The notes beneath the pieces were generated by a model. That model was not told where the DNA came from. It saw only the letters and a program-made list of their open reading frames with translations, and made no database searches. The translations under genes and the position numbers were made by a program. DNA of 56,739 nucleotides, counting the filler, from Sluysia triapertura (lineage: Eukaryota): NCBI GenBank assembly GCA_046118255.1. It is 4 parts of 4 records of this genome, joined end to end, with 100 filler letters (N's around TTAATTAATTAA, not from the genome) between each part and the next. Parts side by side here need not be neighbours in the genome. Positions count along the whole stretch, not along the records: positions 1 to 19,507 come from JBJNIA010063195.1; 3 more parts are not named here. One strand, given 5' to 3'. Within the stretch, counting starts at the first letter, position 1. The number at the start of each line of letters is the position of its first letter. This document shows, piece by piece, positions 1-11,039 of this stretch.

Positions 1-449
1 TAAATAAGATAACTATCAACCGTACACGCATAAAAAGCTTTTCTGACCTTCAGTTTTTTGACAGCTTTAAATCCTACTTAAACGTCCTTCTAGGTAAGAT
101 AAATCGTTTAACGTAGGCGGACCTAACTTATTAAATTTATTTTTATAATTGTTCGAGTAGTAAGAAAACCGAACAATAGTAAATAAAGAAAAATAAAACT
201 TTACTAATCATTATTAATATTAGTTAATATTTCTGTTAAAGAAAAATACAAATAATTAAATTTTTGTTTCTACTTAATAATTTAATCAACAAAATTCATT
301 TTTATTAAAATTTTATAAAAACGGAAATTTAATGATATTTTTTGATACTTGGAAATGATAAAATAATTTATTCAGGGTATACATAATTATAATAAGTTAC
401 AAGCTTTAATATATTATTGATATAATGTTATGTAGAGATAGAACATTAA

Positions 450-450
450 A

Positions 451-515
<65 letters not shown>
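450..515. repeat. (AAT)n microsatellite; further tracts at about 9768-9827, 14898-14939, 17364-17417, 31365-31413, 35953-36005, 42143-42198
   Basis: Perfect trinucleotide runs are directly visible. Confidence 0.97.
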
Positions 516-517
<2 letters not shown>

Positions 518-789
518 TTCTGGTCATGAAAACATTTGATGTGTAATAAAAAATTTTTCATTTTGTAATAATTTAATTTAAATTTTTATTTAATTATTTA
601 AATTATTATTTAAATTAAATTATTATTTATATCGTTTAATTTTAAAAATGTATTTATGACATTTTTTTCCAATTAAATAAGGAGGAATGAATTTTATTTC
701 GCGATTATATATATCAGATACAAAATGTGATTTATGTTTAGACGCATTATCCATAGTGATTATCGTTGGTGTAGTTGGAAATGTTTAAT

Positions 790-3549
790 AAAAGGAACAA
801 CTTTAATTTATATGGAAATAATTTTTTACAACTAACTTTATCTTAATATTTATATTTATTAATATAATATTTATATATAATTTAAATATTTTAGAATCTA
901 ATAAGAAAGATGATTTTATAAGTTTACAAATAAGAACTAATAAATTATAAACACTAAATTTTTTAATGAATATGTATAATTTAAAAATTTGAACAGTAAA
1001 GCAGATAATAATACTCTTCATCAGCCACGTTCCACTATCTAAAAAGGAACCAAAAGTTAAATTATCATTTACATAAATTATTTACTGTATGATTAACCAT
1101 AGGTCCAACGTTGCCGAATATTTCTGAAGCTGATATTCCTATGTATTTAAGTAAATTTGTAAGACTAGACACATGATCTGTGTTAGATATGTATTTTAAT
1201 TTATGATTCGATAACTGATTAACTGTGTGTGCATAAATACAATTAATTCCAAATTTTGTGTATCTACCATTTATGTCACTACTGTATGGATAAAGTGCTG
1301 TTCTAATACATTGATTCGAACCTAATTAATTATTGAAATAGTTGTGAGACAATGAATTGACAGGGACCGATGGAAAGTACATTAAATTCTTGGATGTATA
1401 GCTAAAATGACGACGATTATTAGGAACAGTATAATGATATACAGGAAGTATTTTCAAATCTTCTTTGTACTCGATACTTAACTGGGATGCATTTATTCGT
1501 AAAACTTTATTTGAAATTAATTTTAGGCTTGTATTCATTGTTCATATAATAAAAGATTTGATGATATCTTTATTTAGTAGATTATCTTCTTTACTTCGTA
1601 TGTCTGCTATAAGCATTCTTTTACGTGGGACGGAGTAATCGTAAACTTTGCCAGCAACTATTGGTGAGAACTTTACACTTTGATTCAGATCAATGACATC
1701 AACATGACTAATTATATCTGCTCTTATTCGAAAATTCAGCCTTCGTTGAATCATCTCAAATTTATCTTTATTATTTTCAAGTAATTCGGTACGAATTAGC
1801 ATCACAAATTCATAAAAGGCATGCTCTTTTAAATTTTCATTTGATCTATTCGCTTTTAAAAACGGATAACATTGAGAAAATATACTGACATAATGATCAA
1901 TGTTTGATCTCACATTATTGTCGAAACTAGTGGTGATAATTCTCAAATTACAAATTTCACGTTTCATAACATTGAATATATTTCCATAGCAATTTATAGG
2001 AGTAATAGTCTGCTTTAAATTTTGATTAAAAAATTCTCTTGAAACATTGACATTGAACATAGGATAGAGCGCAGGTAAATAAATATAAATGATAAATTCA
2101 TCATTGTTTTTTGAAATACTAATATATATACATTTTTGTCGTTCCTGAATATCATGTTCTCGATTATAGTTACATGATTTTAATAAAATAGTTTTGTTTG
2201 ATGTATTGGTAAATTGGAGTTCAATTGTTAAAGTCATTATATTCATATTTGTAGGTTTGATTGTTTGAAATCTCAGATTTGCAGTTGATATTCGTTTTAC
2301 GAAACGTTTGTCTATCATTAAATCTAGATAATCCATAGTATTTAACGGTGTCATTATATATAATTCATCATTTATGTTTTTACGATTTGAAACTAAAGCA
2401 TTATTAGCCATTTTAATTTATTTTTTAATTAAATGGAGTCACTATGTTGTTTTGTAGTAGTGTCCACACTGCAATTGGCTGCCCAATCAAAGCGAGTGTA
2501 AGAAATGACATTAATAATAATTTGACTAAGCAGTCAACAAAATGTTTTACAATAAGGACTGATTAGCTGTTTGGCAACAATGTGCTTAACAATACACGAA
2601 ATAAGTTGTCAACACTAACTACTATCAATAGTGACAATGCTGTACATATGAATTAAAAATGTCACCATTGATAGTAGTAGCTACCTAAATAAATAACTTA
2701 TAATTAAAATTTGTGATAATAATAATAATAACAACAAGAATGTTAGTTTGAAACATATTCTTCCTTTATATTCTTTATTTATTCTCAGTATATTTAGATC
2801 TATTTAAAGTAGTTAAATGTCTTTAGATGTCTAAAGGTTAAATGTTATGGTGTTACCAATTAGTGTTACGTGTTTGGAATGAAATTTTACGGTGTGGTTG
2901 TGATTCTAGTGTTATAAGATAATGCGTAAAACGTTTTAAATGAAATTTAAATGTGTATCAGTGATTTTAAATGTTACCTGATGTAATTATGGTAATGAGT
3001 GGAATGTTTTCAATGAATTTTTGATTGTCGGTTGTTCATTTGGTGGTGAATGTGTTTTTAATATTACGAAGGGTTTTCGATTATTTTGAAGGTGCAGTTG
3101 TACTTCTAATCTTGTAAGATAATGGTTAAGTGTTTTAAATGAATTTTTAAGTACTATTTAATGGTTTTAAATGAAGATAAGTTTGGGTGATGAAAACGTA
3201 TGATTTAAGTATTCTAATATAATATAACTGTTTTTTATGAATTTCTAAATATACATTGATGTTTTAAATGAAAGTAATGTTTGTATTTTAAAAGATTGTG
3301 ATTTGCAAATTTATTGAAATAGAGTAGTTTAATGGATGTAAAGAAGATAAATTATGGCCGATGTTTTGGTACATTCTAAAAGGTAATTGTGTAATGTTAA
3401 AAAGGATATGATTTTGGTTATGTTAGTATTGAACTATGATGAATTGTTGAATGTGAATTGTAGATTCTGAGAGTGAATGTGATTCTGTTGTGTTAAAAGG
3501 AAAAATTTTTTTTAAGATTTGTTAAAAGTAATAGGTTGGTTGCCACAAT
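790..3549 (+). mobile_element. Gene-carrying LTR-like cassette, copy A (left boundary uncertain)
   Basis: Antisense ORFs, ATTGG-N4-CCAAT (2474-2487), 19-bp inverted repeat (2618-2678), (AAT)n near 2717, then a G/T-rich tail. The tail aligns with copy H (2891-2950 vs about 31659-31720; 3354-3392 vs about 31830-31869). Confidence 0.6.
1326..2411 (-). pseudogene. Cassette cargo ORF (289 aa plus in-frame 70 aa after one TGA), UEV/RWD-like motif
   Basis: Intronless ORF 2411-1542 continues in the same frame (1538-1326) after a single TGA. It contains IYIYLPALYP, resembling IYLxxLYP in copies D and E. Confidence 0.55.
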
Positions 3550-3560
3550 CGTATTTCATA

Positions 3561-3834
3561 CAGGGTTTTTCAAATAATTTAATTTAATTTGTCAAATAAT
3601 TTAAGCATTATATTAAAACAATTAATAAATTCATTAAATCCTTCTTAACCTAAACCAAATATGCCGAATATAAAAATAGCAAATGAAATTAGACTAGAAA
3701 TTATAAATTACTGAATAATATATAATCATTATATAATTACAATATATTCTAATTAATTTCTAAAACGATTAAATTATATATGACAAAATGTTTAAATTAT
3801 TTGACAAGAGGATTAAATTATATGAAAAACCCTG
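3561..3834. mobile_element. Tc1/mariner-type MITE
   Basis: Terminal inverted repeats CAGGGTTTTTCA(A/T)ATAATTTAAT, flanked by TA on both sides (3559-60, 3835-36). Confidence 0.88.
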
Positions 3835-4292
3835 TATTACATATAATATATATTAAATCATATATTAATGGATATTGGTTCAGCCATATTATAATTTAGA
3901 TGTTGGTTCATGTCTTCACTTCATGTTTTCTATTTTAGTAATATATTGTATGTTTTATCATTCATACGGTGGTTCTGTTTAATTCACTGCACAATCTCTT
4001 TATTTTACTTAAATATATACATTCTTAAAATAAATATATTCAGTGGATCCCCTTATAACGCGATCCCAATAGCGCGAATTCGTATAATACAATGACAAAA
4101 TTGCTAATATTAGACGAAAACTGGAAAAATTGAAAGCCAAAATTAAAGAAACTGAGATTTCCAAAAAGGCAGGAGTTAGCTAGGATAGTGTCAATGATGA
4201 AGCATGAATTAAGTTGTGGTGATCGTTGAAACCCTGATAGAAGTATGGCATCACGATGACGAGATCCGTAACACGAGCCTTTAAGACTCAGG

Positions 4293-4520
4293 AAATTATT
4301 GGATAACAAAGGAGGGCAAACAAAGTACTGATAGAACAGTTTGTACATATTTGATTTGTAGTAAATTGTGCTACCACATTCTGTATGTTTTGGATCTCAG
4401 TATCTTTATCTATTATTTTACTTTCATCAGAATTTTTTTGGAGAAAGTGGTTATTTTCGAACATTTTACATTTTCCTTGGAAAATGTTGAATTATGTCAT
4501 AATATTTTGACCGCCACTGT
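4293..4520 (+). repeat. Dispersed repeat, second copy at about 23400-23605
   Basis: Near-identical blocks AAATTATTGGATAACAA...TTTGTACATATTTGATTT...TTTTGGATCTCAGTAT occur at both loci. Confidence 0.85.
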
Positions 4521-5044
4521 CAATTTACATAGATATGTAAATATTCTTTCACTAAATCTGCATAAATCTCAGTTGATTATTCAAAAAGTACATGATTGTT
4601 AAATAGTCTTCCTGAATAAAAATGAAAATAATTTACATAAAATAAATAAATTATCCATAAAATGTGAAATTCTAAAATTAAAATTTGATTTTTGAAAAAC
4701 AAATTTTACAATAAATAAATAAATAAATAATATTTTATTTTTATTTTATTTTACATTATAGAAATTTCGATATAAATTTAGTAATTTAGTAATTTAATAT
4801 TGATATAATTCATTAAAAATTTATAATAATACATTTTAATTTAAAATTTGAAGTTCCACTTAAAACGTAGTTTGAATTTGACCTATAATAAATATTTTAT
4901 CAATATAATATCGATAAATTTATCTAATAAATTATTTAGTATTACGTTTAATTTACTTTATTTTGAACAGTGAACAATAATTAGTGTGAAATAAATTAAT
5001 AATTTCTCCATTTTTTTGTTTAAATATTCATTTTAACTGTTTTT

Positions 5045-5458
5045 TATGAACAGGAAAATACAAAAATACAACGCTTTCTTCTATCAAAATACAATCTTTC
5101 CTTAGGTTGTACAAATAATCTTATGAAATCTAGAGACTCCATTTTGAAGTCAATTTTGAATACCAAACAGAAAAGATAAACACATTTACATAGTGGATAT
5201 CAAGTTGATGGTTCCAGAGAATATGAAATATCAGTATGAGTTGTAAAATATTGCAACTCTTAGGCATTAGAATTAGCACAGCACTTAGGAAATCATGATT
5301 TTAAAGCATCAAAAGGTTTCTAAGGGCATAAATCAAATAGTAAGTTTTCTAAAGATCGAATTACTATACTCTTGGAAGTAAATATGTTAGGAGTAGAGTT
5401 AAAGCCTTTAGGCAGATCGGAGAAACCTCGTCTTAAAAATTTGCCAATTACAAAATAT
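5045..5458 (+). mobile_element. pogo/Tigger transposase remnant
   Basis: Fragments translate to ALELAQHLGNHDFKASKGF (CENP-B-type HTH) and SKDRITILLEVNMLGVELKPLGRSEKPRLKNLP (start of the DDE region). Confidence 0.75.
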
Positions 5459-5913
5459 TAGGGCTGTTCCAGGTGCACGGTGCACCTGATTTTATCTTAT
5501 GAACATGATCGATAAATAAATGACAGTATAATAGTCTTAAAAATGATGAATTTTCATTATCCTTTTGAGCGTTTTTTGAAATAAAATTCTAGAATATTTA
5601 CAATAAATTTCTAATTTTGTAATCAATGTTTTATAATACAAAACATGTCTCATTTTGGAATAATAGTTGTTCGTAGGTGTTTCATTATATACTATATACT
5701 ATATAGTATAATATATACATCAGGCTCTACCTTTATTTTATTAAAAAGTCATCGAAATTCATAATATTACGTTGTAATTTCATTTTTGTTTTTATTGTTT
5801 TAAATTTAACTGAATAATGCATTATTATTAAATCATTCAATTGGAGTTTAATTATTGAGTAGGGCTGTTTCCGGTGCATCGGTGCAGGAAAATTCTTCAA
5901 AGTTCCAGCCCTA
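5459..5913. mobile_element. hAT-type MITE inserted into the pogo remnant
   Basis: TAGGGCTG...CAGCCCTA termini. Imperfect 8-bp target duplication CAAAATAT / CAAAACAG. Confidence 0.75.
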
Positions 5914-6326
5914 CAAAACAGAAATATTTTAAAACAATACCAACTATAATTCCATTTAAAATGTGTACTTTAATGATGATATTTCAGAAAAGCTCAGTCA
6001 TTTGAATACTTTGTTGTGAAAAAATTTGATTATTTTTATTTTAAACTTAATAAATAATAAGTAATAATTAATAATTTTAATTAATAAAAATTAATGATAG
6101 TTCGAAGATTTATATGATTTCATATGATTATATTTCACCTCATTTCTAATTCTGTCGAAGTAATTGGAAGTACTCAGAGAATTTCGAGAATAATTTGGTC
6201 TGTAACAATTATAATCTGAAATGTTTCTACCAGAATTTGTTATAATATTAACAATGAATTTTATTAAACTTCATAAAATGGAGCAACGTCTGACCATTGA
6301 ACTATCAGCGTCATCTAACAATTTTA

Positions 6327-6544
6327 TTTTATTATAGTCAATTATACTATAATTATTCTAGGTGGCACATTAGGCCTGTACCCCAACATATCTCACCCAT
6401 TCAATTATGTTTAACCTCAAACATCTTGTAAATCATTTAATTCAACATCAGAAGGGTATTCGATATGTGGGTTCACCAAATGTTAGACTTCATAAAATGA
6501 ACTGACCGGGAATCGAACCAGGAACCTCTTGCTCCACAGCTAAT
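6327..6544 (-). mobile_element. tRNA-derived SINE (5'-truncated head)
   Basis: Minus strand has a B box GGTTCGATTCCCGGTCAG followed by TTTTATGAAGTCTAACA, shared with 32145-32182. The 3' tail is shared with 14638-14690. Confidence 0.8.
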
Positions 6545-7673
6545 TTTGATTTGTAATTTAAAATTTCCTAAAATTGTGACTTGATTATCGAATTTGTTGA
6601 TGTTGTTTCGTTGACAACATCTTAATGTCGTAATTACGAAGTTATTTTGTTTGCTTACACTTTAATTCGTATTTTAACATAATAAAAATATTTAAAAAAA
6701 ATAAAAATTATTCTTAAGATAATAAAACTGAAAAACAAAGTTAAACAGAAAATTATAAAAATTTAATTTAATTTATTAATTTTTAAATAATGATCAAATT
6801 ATGTCTAATATAATTGTGTATCATATTATGTACATCAAGATTTATAAAAATATTTTATTGTGTTTTATTTTTCAAACATTGCTGTCTTTTGCACTTTTTC
6901 CAATGGCAAATATTTGATATTTAATTACTTAAGAATTTAAATATCCAATAATTAATTAACATTTAATTAAAAAATATATATTTTTTAAAATTTTATTTCA
7001 AAATAATTAATCAATTTATTTATTATTATTCAAATTTTATTCGGGTTTCCCTTATTATCACTATTAATTGTTTTTACTGATAATTGACACCGACGACTGT
7101 TTTATTCAAACTATTTTGTATTATCTATTATTATTTCATCATCTGTAGTATATTTAATTAATTATTTCGAATTGTTATTCGGTGGGCTTGATTCCAGAAT
7201 GTATCATTTGAAAAGTTATAAACATTTTTTATTAATTTTATTATTGTAATTTAAAATAAATAAACTCTGGATTTTTAAAAGTCCTGTGGTTTTTCTTGAT
7301 ACTAAACCTACGGCAAAACAAAATTGAACATGGTCCAGTTATAGTAAGCATTTTACAACAAGTAGTTGGCACTACTGTAACTTATAAGTCAATAATATTA
7401 CTTATCTTAGTAATAACTCGTATCCTAACAATTTCTGGAAGGTCTCAATTTATCAAAAATAACAAATACTATTGAACTTTTATTAACAAAAATATTGTAA
7501 AATTAAAATAAGATAATTAAAATTAAAATTTCAATGAAATATTTAATTTAGCCAAGAATTTTAATATTATACGGCTCCTCTCATTACATCGAGGGCAATT
7601 TGGATAGTTAAACTCAGAACTCCCATTTAGAGTTTGTAATTCTTGGCATCGATTTAGGGTGTTATGTTTGATA

Positions 7674-8634
7674 TTATGAAATGAGTTTATAAGTTTGTTG
7701 TACTGACTCTGGTTTGAAGATTTTAGTACAAAATTTAAGTAGTTTCATTTCGATTAATTTATAACAAACTATAACTTCATAAATTTTAAATAAATACTTC
7801 CATAAAGAATTTGTGCTGTTAATGGAATAAGAATAGTTCGTTTCTTTTTTCATGTTAAGACTGTGACTAGCCATCGTAGTGTCAAGTAGAACGATCTGAT
7901 TAATCTCAGAACTAATTATGACTGATTTAACCGTTAAACCTACAACGTTTACCAAAATTAAGATAAGTATGTCATTGGAATTAGAATAATCAAGTTGAAA
8001 ATTGATAATTTTAAAAGGAATATACTTTAGACCATGGTTGAAGGTTTCATCAAACCTTGATTTATACTTACAAATTATTTTTTTATGAAAATTTTTAAAA
8101 AGATACAATAATTCTATCTCTGCTGTTATTACTCTTATATTCTCCTTTTTAGCGTTGGATGAATTAAAAACAAATTTGATCGAAAAATTTTTATTTATTA
8201 TAATAGAACACTTAATTTCAAAAACTAAAAATGTTATATGTACATAATTGTCTTCCACTGATCCATACAGCAAGGGTGTTATCTAAAATGTAAATTAACA
8301 TAAATCTAAAATTAGATCCTACAAGATAAAATAATTGAGTTACAGAGAACTCTTTTGAGAAGTACAATGTAAATAACCATGTTTTAACTGCGGATACTAA
8401 TATAAACTGTAGTTGTACTTTTGTGAACAATTTGCCATCATCATCTGACTGGTTACGAATTTCGAAACTCCAATTTCGTCGCATATATGATGAACGATTG
8501 ACACTAATCCTTCTAACAAAGCTTCGTAGATTCATTGCAACCAAAATTGTTTTGATAATCACTAAAGCAGGGAACCCACCTGACATCTTGTTATGAGTTT
8601 TCACTGCATTTTTTAATAATCTCAACAAATACAT
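7674..8634 (-). pseudogene. Cassette B cargo ORFs 2 and 3 (probably one frameshifted gene)
   Basis: Overlapping ORFs 8634-8218 and 8273-7674. Segments resemble copy E (WSFEIRN vs WRSEIRI; DNYVHITF vs NCFVHVIY; RFDETF vs KLDETH) and copy A (RSFVRRIS vs KRFVKRIS). Confidence 0.5.
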
Positions 8635-8750
8635 AACACAAATTTTATCTAAAACTAACGAACTTCCTGACTTAGTAGCAACGTCAATGATACATAGAAG
8701 AGTTGATCATTTATTAATTTCTCGTTCGCCATGAAGTAATGGTTTAATAA

Positions 8751-9443
8751 CTATAAAAATATTCTTTTCTTGTCTTGCAATAAAATCATCTTCTTTTTAT
8801 GTAGTAATATTTTATAGATCATCAACCAAAGGTGTTTTAACACATCAAAACGTTTTGGGTTCATTCTTCTATTAATATAATTTGATATATGAATCTCTAA
8901 AGATTTATAACATATTGATAAACAACGATTAATTTTGTAAGAAATTCGGCCGAGCTCGACAGAAGTATCAAAATAATTTGAGCAAAGGATCATAAGTTTT
9001 ATAATAAAATGAAAAAGATTATCTTTAATATCACTCATAGTATCACTTTCCAACACTAAATTAATGTAGGGTATCAAACAATTTACAATTAAATCGATTA
9101 CGTTCTTTAGTATTAATGTTTCGACATTTGTTTGTCGTGGTTTATCACGAAAAGTAAGTGGAACTTTATAATTTTGAAACATATAACACCGATTGTAAAC
9201 AATCCATAAACTGTTGTGAGAGTCTTTATTATTATAGTTTTCTAAGTCATCTTTAAATAGATTTATATTATCTAAATGTTTAGTTATAATTTTAGAAGTT
9301 CGATCAATTTTCTGTTGAACTTGTTCATCTGTTAACTTTTTTAGATTTGGTTTAGTTGATGACATTGCATTACCGGATGGCGATACCAAATATACAACAC
9401 CTTGTATAGCGTCAAAATTTTTAATCGACGAAGAATAAAACAT
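8751..9443 (-). CDS. Cassette B cargo ORF 1, 230 aa orphan, likely helical
   Basis: Intact intronless ORF starting about 120 bp from the CCAAT pair; no recognisable family. Confidence 0.5.
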   Translation of the reverse strand: MFYSSSIKNFDAIQGVVYLVSPSGNAMSSTKPNLKKLTDEQVQQKIDRTSKIITKHLDNINLFKDDLENYNNKDSHNSLWIVYNRCYMFQNYKVPLTFRDKPRQTNVETLILKNVIDLIVNCLIPYINLVLESDTMSDIKDNLFHFIIKLMILCSNYFDTSVELGRISYKINRCLSICYKSLEIHISNYINRRMNPKRFDVLKHLWLMIYKILLHKKKMILLQDKKRIFL

Positions 9444-9766
9444 AAAATTCTTTTTGTTAATTTGGCAATAAATAATAAGTGCTCATAACAGTACTACAAT
9501 TTTTGATGTTGATTGTGTAATTATGATTCAACAATTTTTTAGTTGATAAACAATAGATTGTGGTTGGCCATCCAATCACGACTTCAAATTGATGATGTTA
9601 GCTATTTCTCACGTGCTTGGGTGGTGGTTAATAGTACAGTTTTGAGATGATGAACCATCATCAATATTGGCACATTAATAAAAATGGTGAACGGTGTCAA
9701 TATTGATGATGGTGGCAACTAATTTGATTTAGATTAAAATGAATTTATAAAGTAATTTAATGATTG

Positions 9767-9830
<64 letters not shown>

Positions 9831-11039
9831 TATTGTTATTATTATTATTATTATTAAATAAAAATATATTGCATGAATCTTTCTTTCAAAATAAATTATA
9901 TACAATCTTCTCTTTCAGAATCTTCTATTTCTCACATATATAAAATAAAAATGAAAAAATAAAAGCAATTGGTATTTTGTGAAGGAACAGCGGTAACGTG
10001 GTATATTATGCTTAAGTTATCGTTGCTGACTTCCACAAAAGAAATGAATTCTTTAAGACGATATTAAATTTATTTTGAATTTTTGAAGATGAAATTGATT
10101 TGAGCTGCAAGTGAAACAAAGAATGTTAGAATAATTCTTGAGATTTATTTAAAGCTTATAGTTGAAAATAAGGTTTATGCATTGAATATAATAGTTTGAA
10201 AAGCTTGTTAAAAGTTTATAGTTTATTTAATTTGAAAAAAAATTACAAAATAAATCTTTGCGTATTTATGGTGTTGTTATAAAATGGTGATAATGATTAT
10301 GTGTAGATGAAATGGGTTTGACTTAGTGTAATTGATTCGAGGTTGTAACGTAAATATTTTCCATGTTTCAGGTACTTGTTAATGTTGTTAAATGGTGTTG
10401 ATGTATTTGTGATTTATATGTTATAAGTTGTGGTAGTGATTTGGCTTAAGAGAATAACCTATTGGATGAATGTTATGGATTGTTCGGTATTAATTATCAA
10501 AATATAGTATAAAGTGAATGATTGGGGTATTAGACGAATTTTTTGAGATGTGTATGTTGTTGGATTATTATAAATGTCGAATATTGTTTATGATGAATAA
10601 GTTAATGTAATTCGATAGTGTGAAATGTGATTGATTTAGATGTTATGTTTTTTATGAACTAGCTTTTGTGATTTGATAATGTTGAGTGTGATTGTGATTT
10701 AGATGTTGTAAGGTTTTAGTGAATTTTGAATTATGAGTGTTGACAACTACAACGTTTTTATACGTTTTTATTCAGTTGATTTTTATATTAACTTAGATAT
10801 TCCAAGAACCAATGTTGGTCTTGATTATTTTTAAAATATTTAGTATTATTTGAAATTAACGACCATTTTTGCCCATTATTGTTAAGTTAAGGCAAAGAGT
10901 ATATTTTGTACGATTAATCTTAATAATTGTTTGCACGTAATTTTACAGCTACGCCATTAATAAGTCGTATACTGTAAACGGACTCAGAATAATAAATTAT
11001 TTTGTTGTATGTTAGGCTCTTTTATTAAGACAACTCCCA

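Larger units (their letters stand above)
7300..10753 (+). mobile_element. Gene-carrying LTR-like cassette, copy B (left boundary uncertain)
   Basis: Three antisense ORFs, TTGG-N4-CCAAT (9564-9576), 20-bp inverted repeat (9654-9713), (AAT)n, TATATAAA/AATAAA, hairpin (9975-10040). The G/T-rich tail is collinear with copy E and ends TTATGAGTGTTGACAACTACAAC. Confidence 0.7.

Noticed and set aside
803-1021. Short I/K/L/F/Y-rich ORFs (also 3910, 26380, 36864, 37905)
   Set aside because: Compositional ORFs expected by chance in very AT-rich DNA; no motifs.
9500-10753. Cassettes as Helitron/DINE-like elements (hairpin plus microsatellite plus captured genes)
   Set aside because: No 3' hairpin-CTRR end or TC start was found, and the termini look like TGTTG...ACAAC. 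Not fully excluded, because target duplications could not be confirmed.
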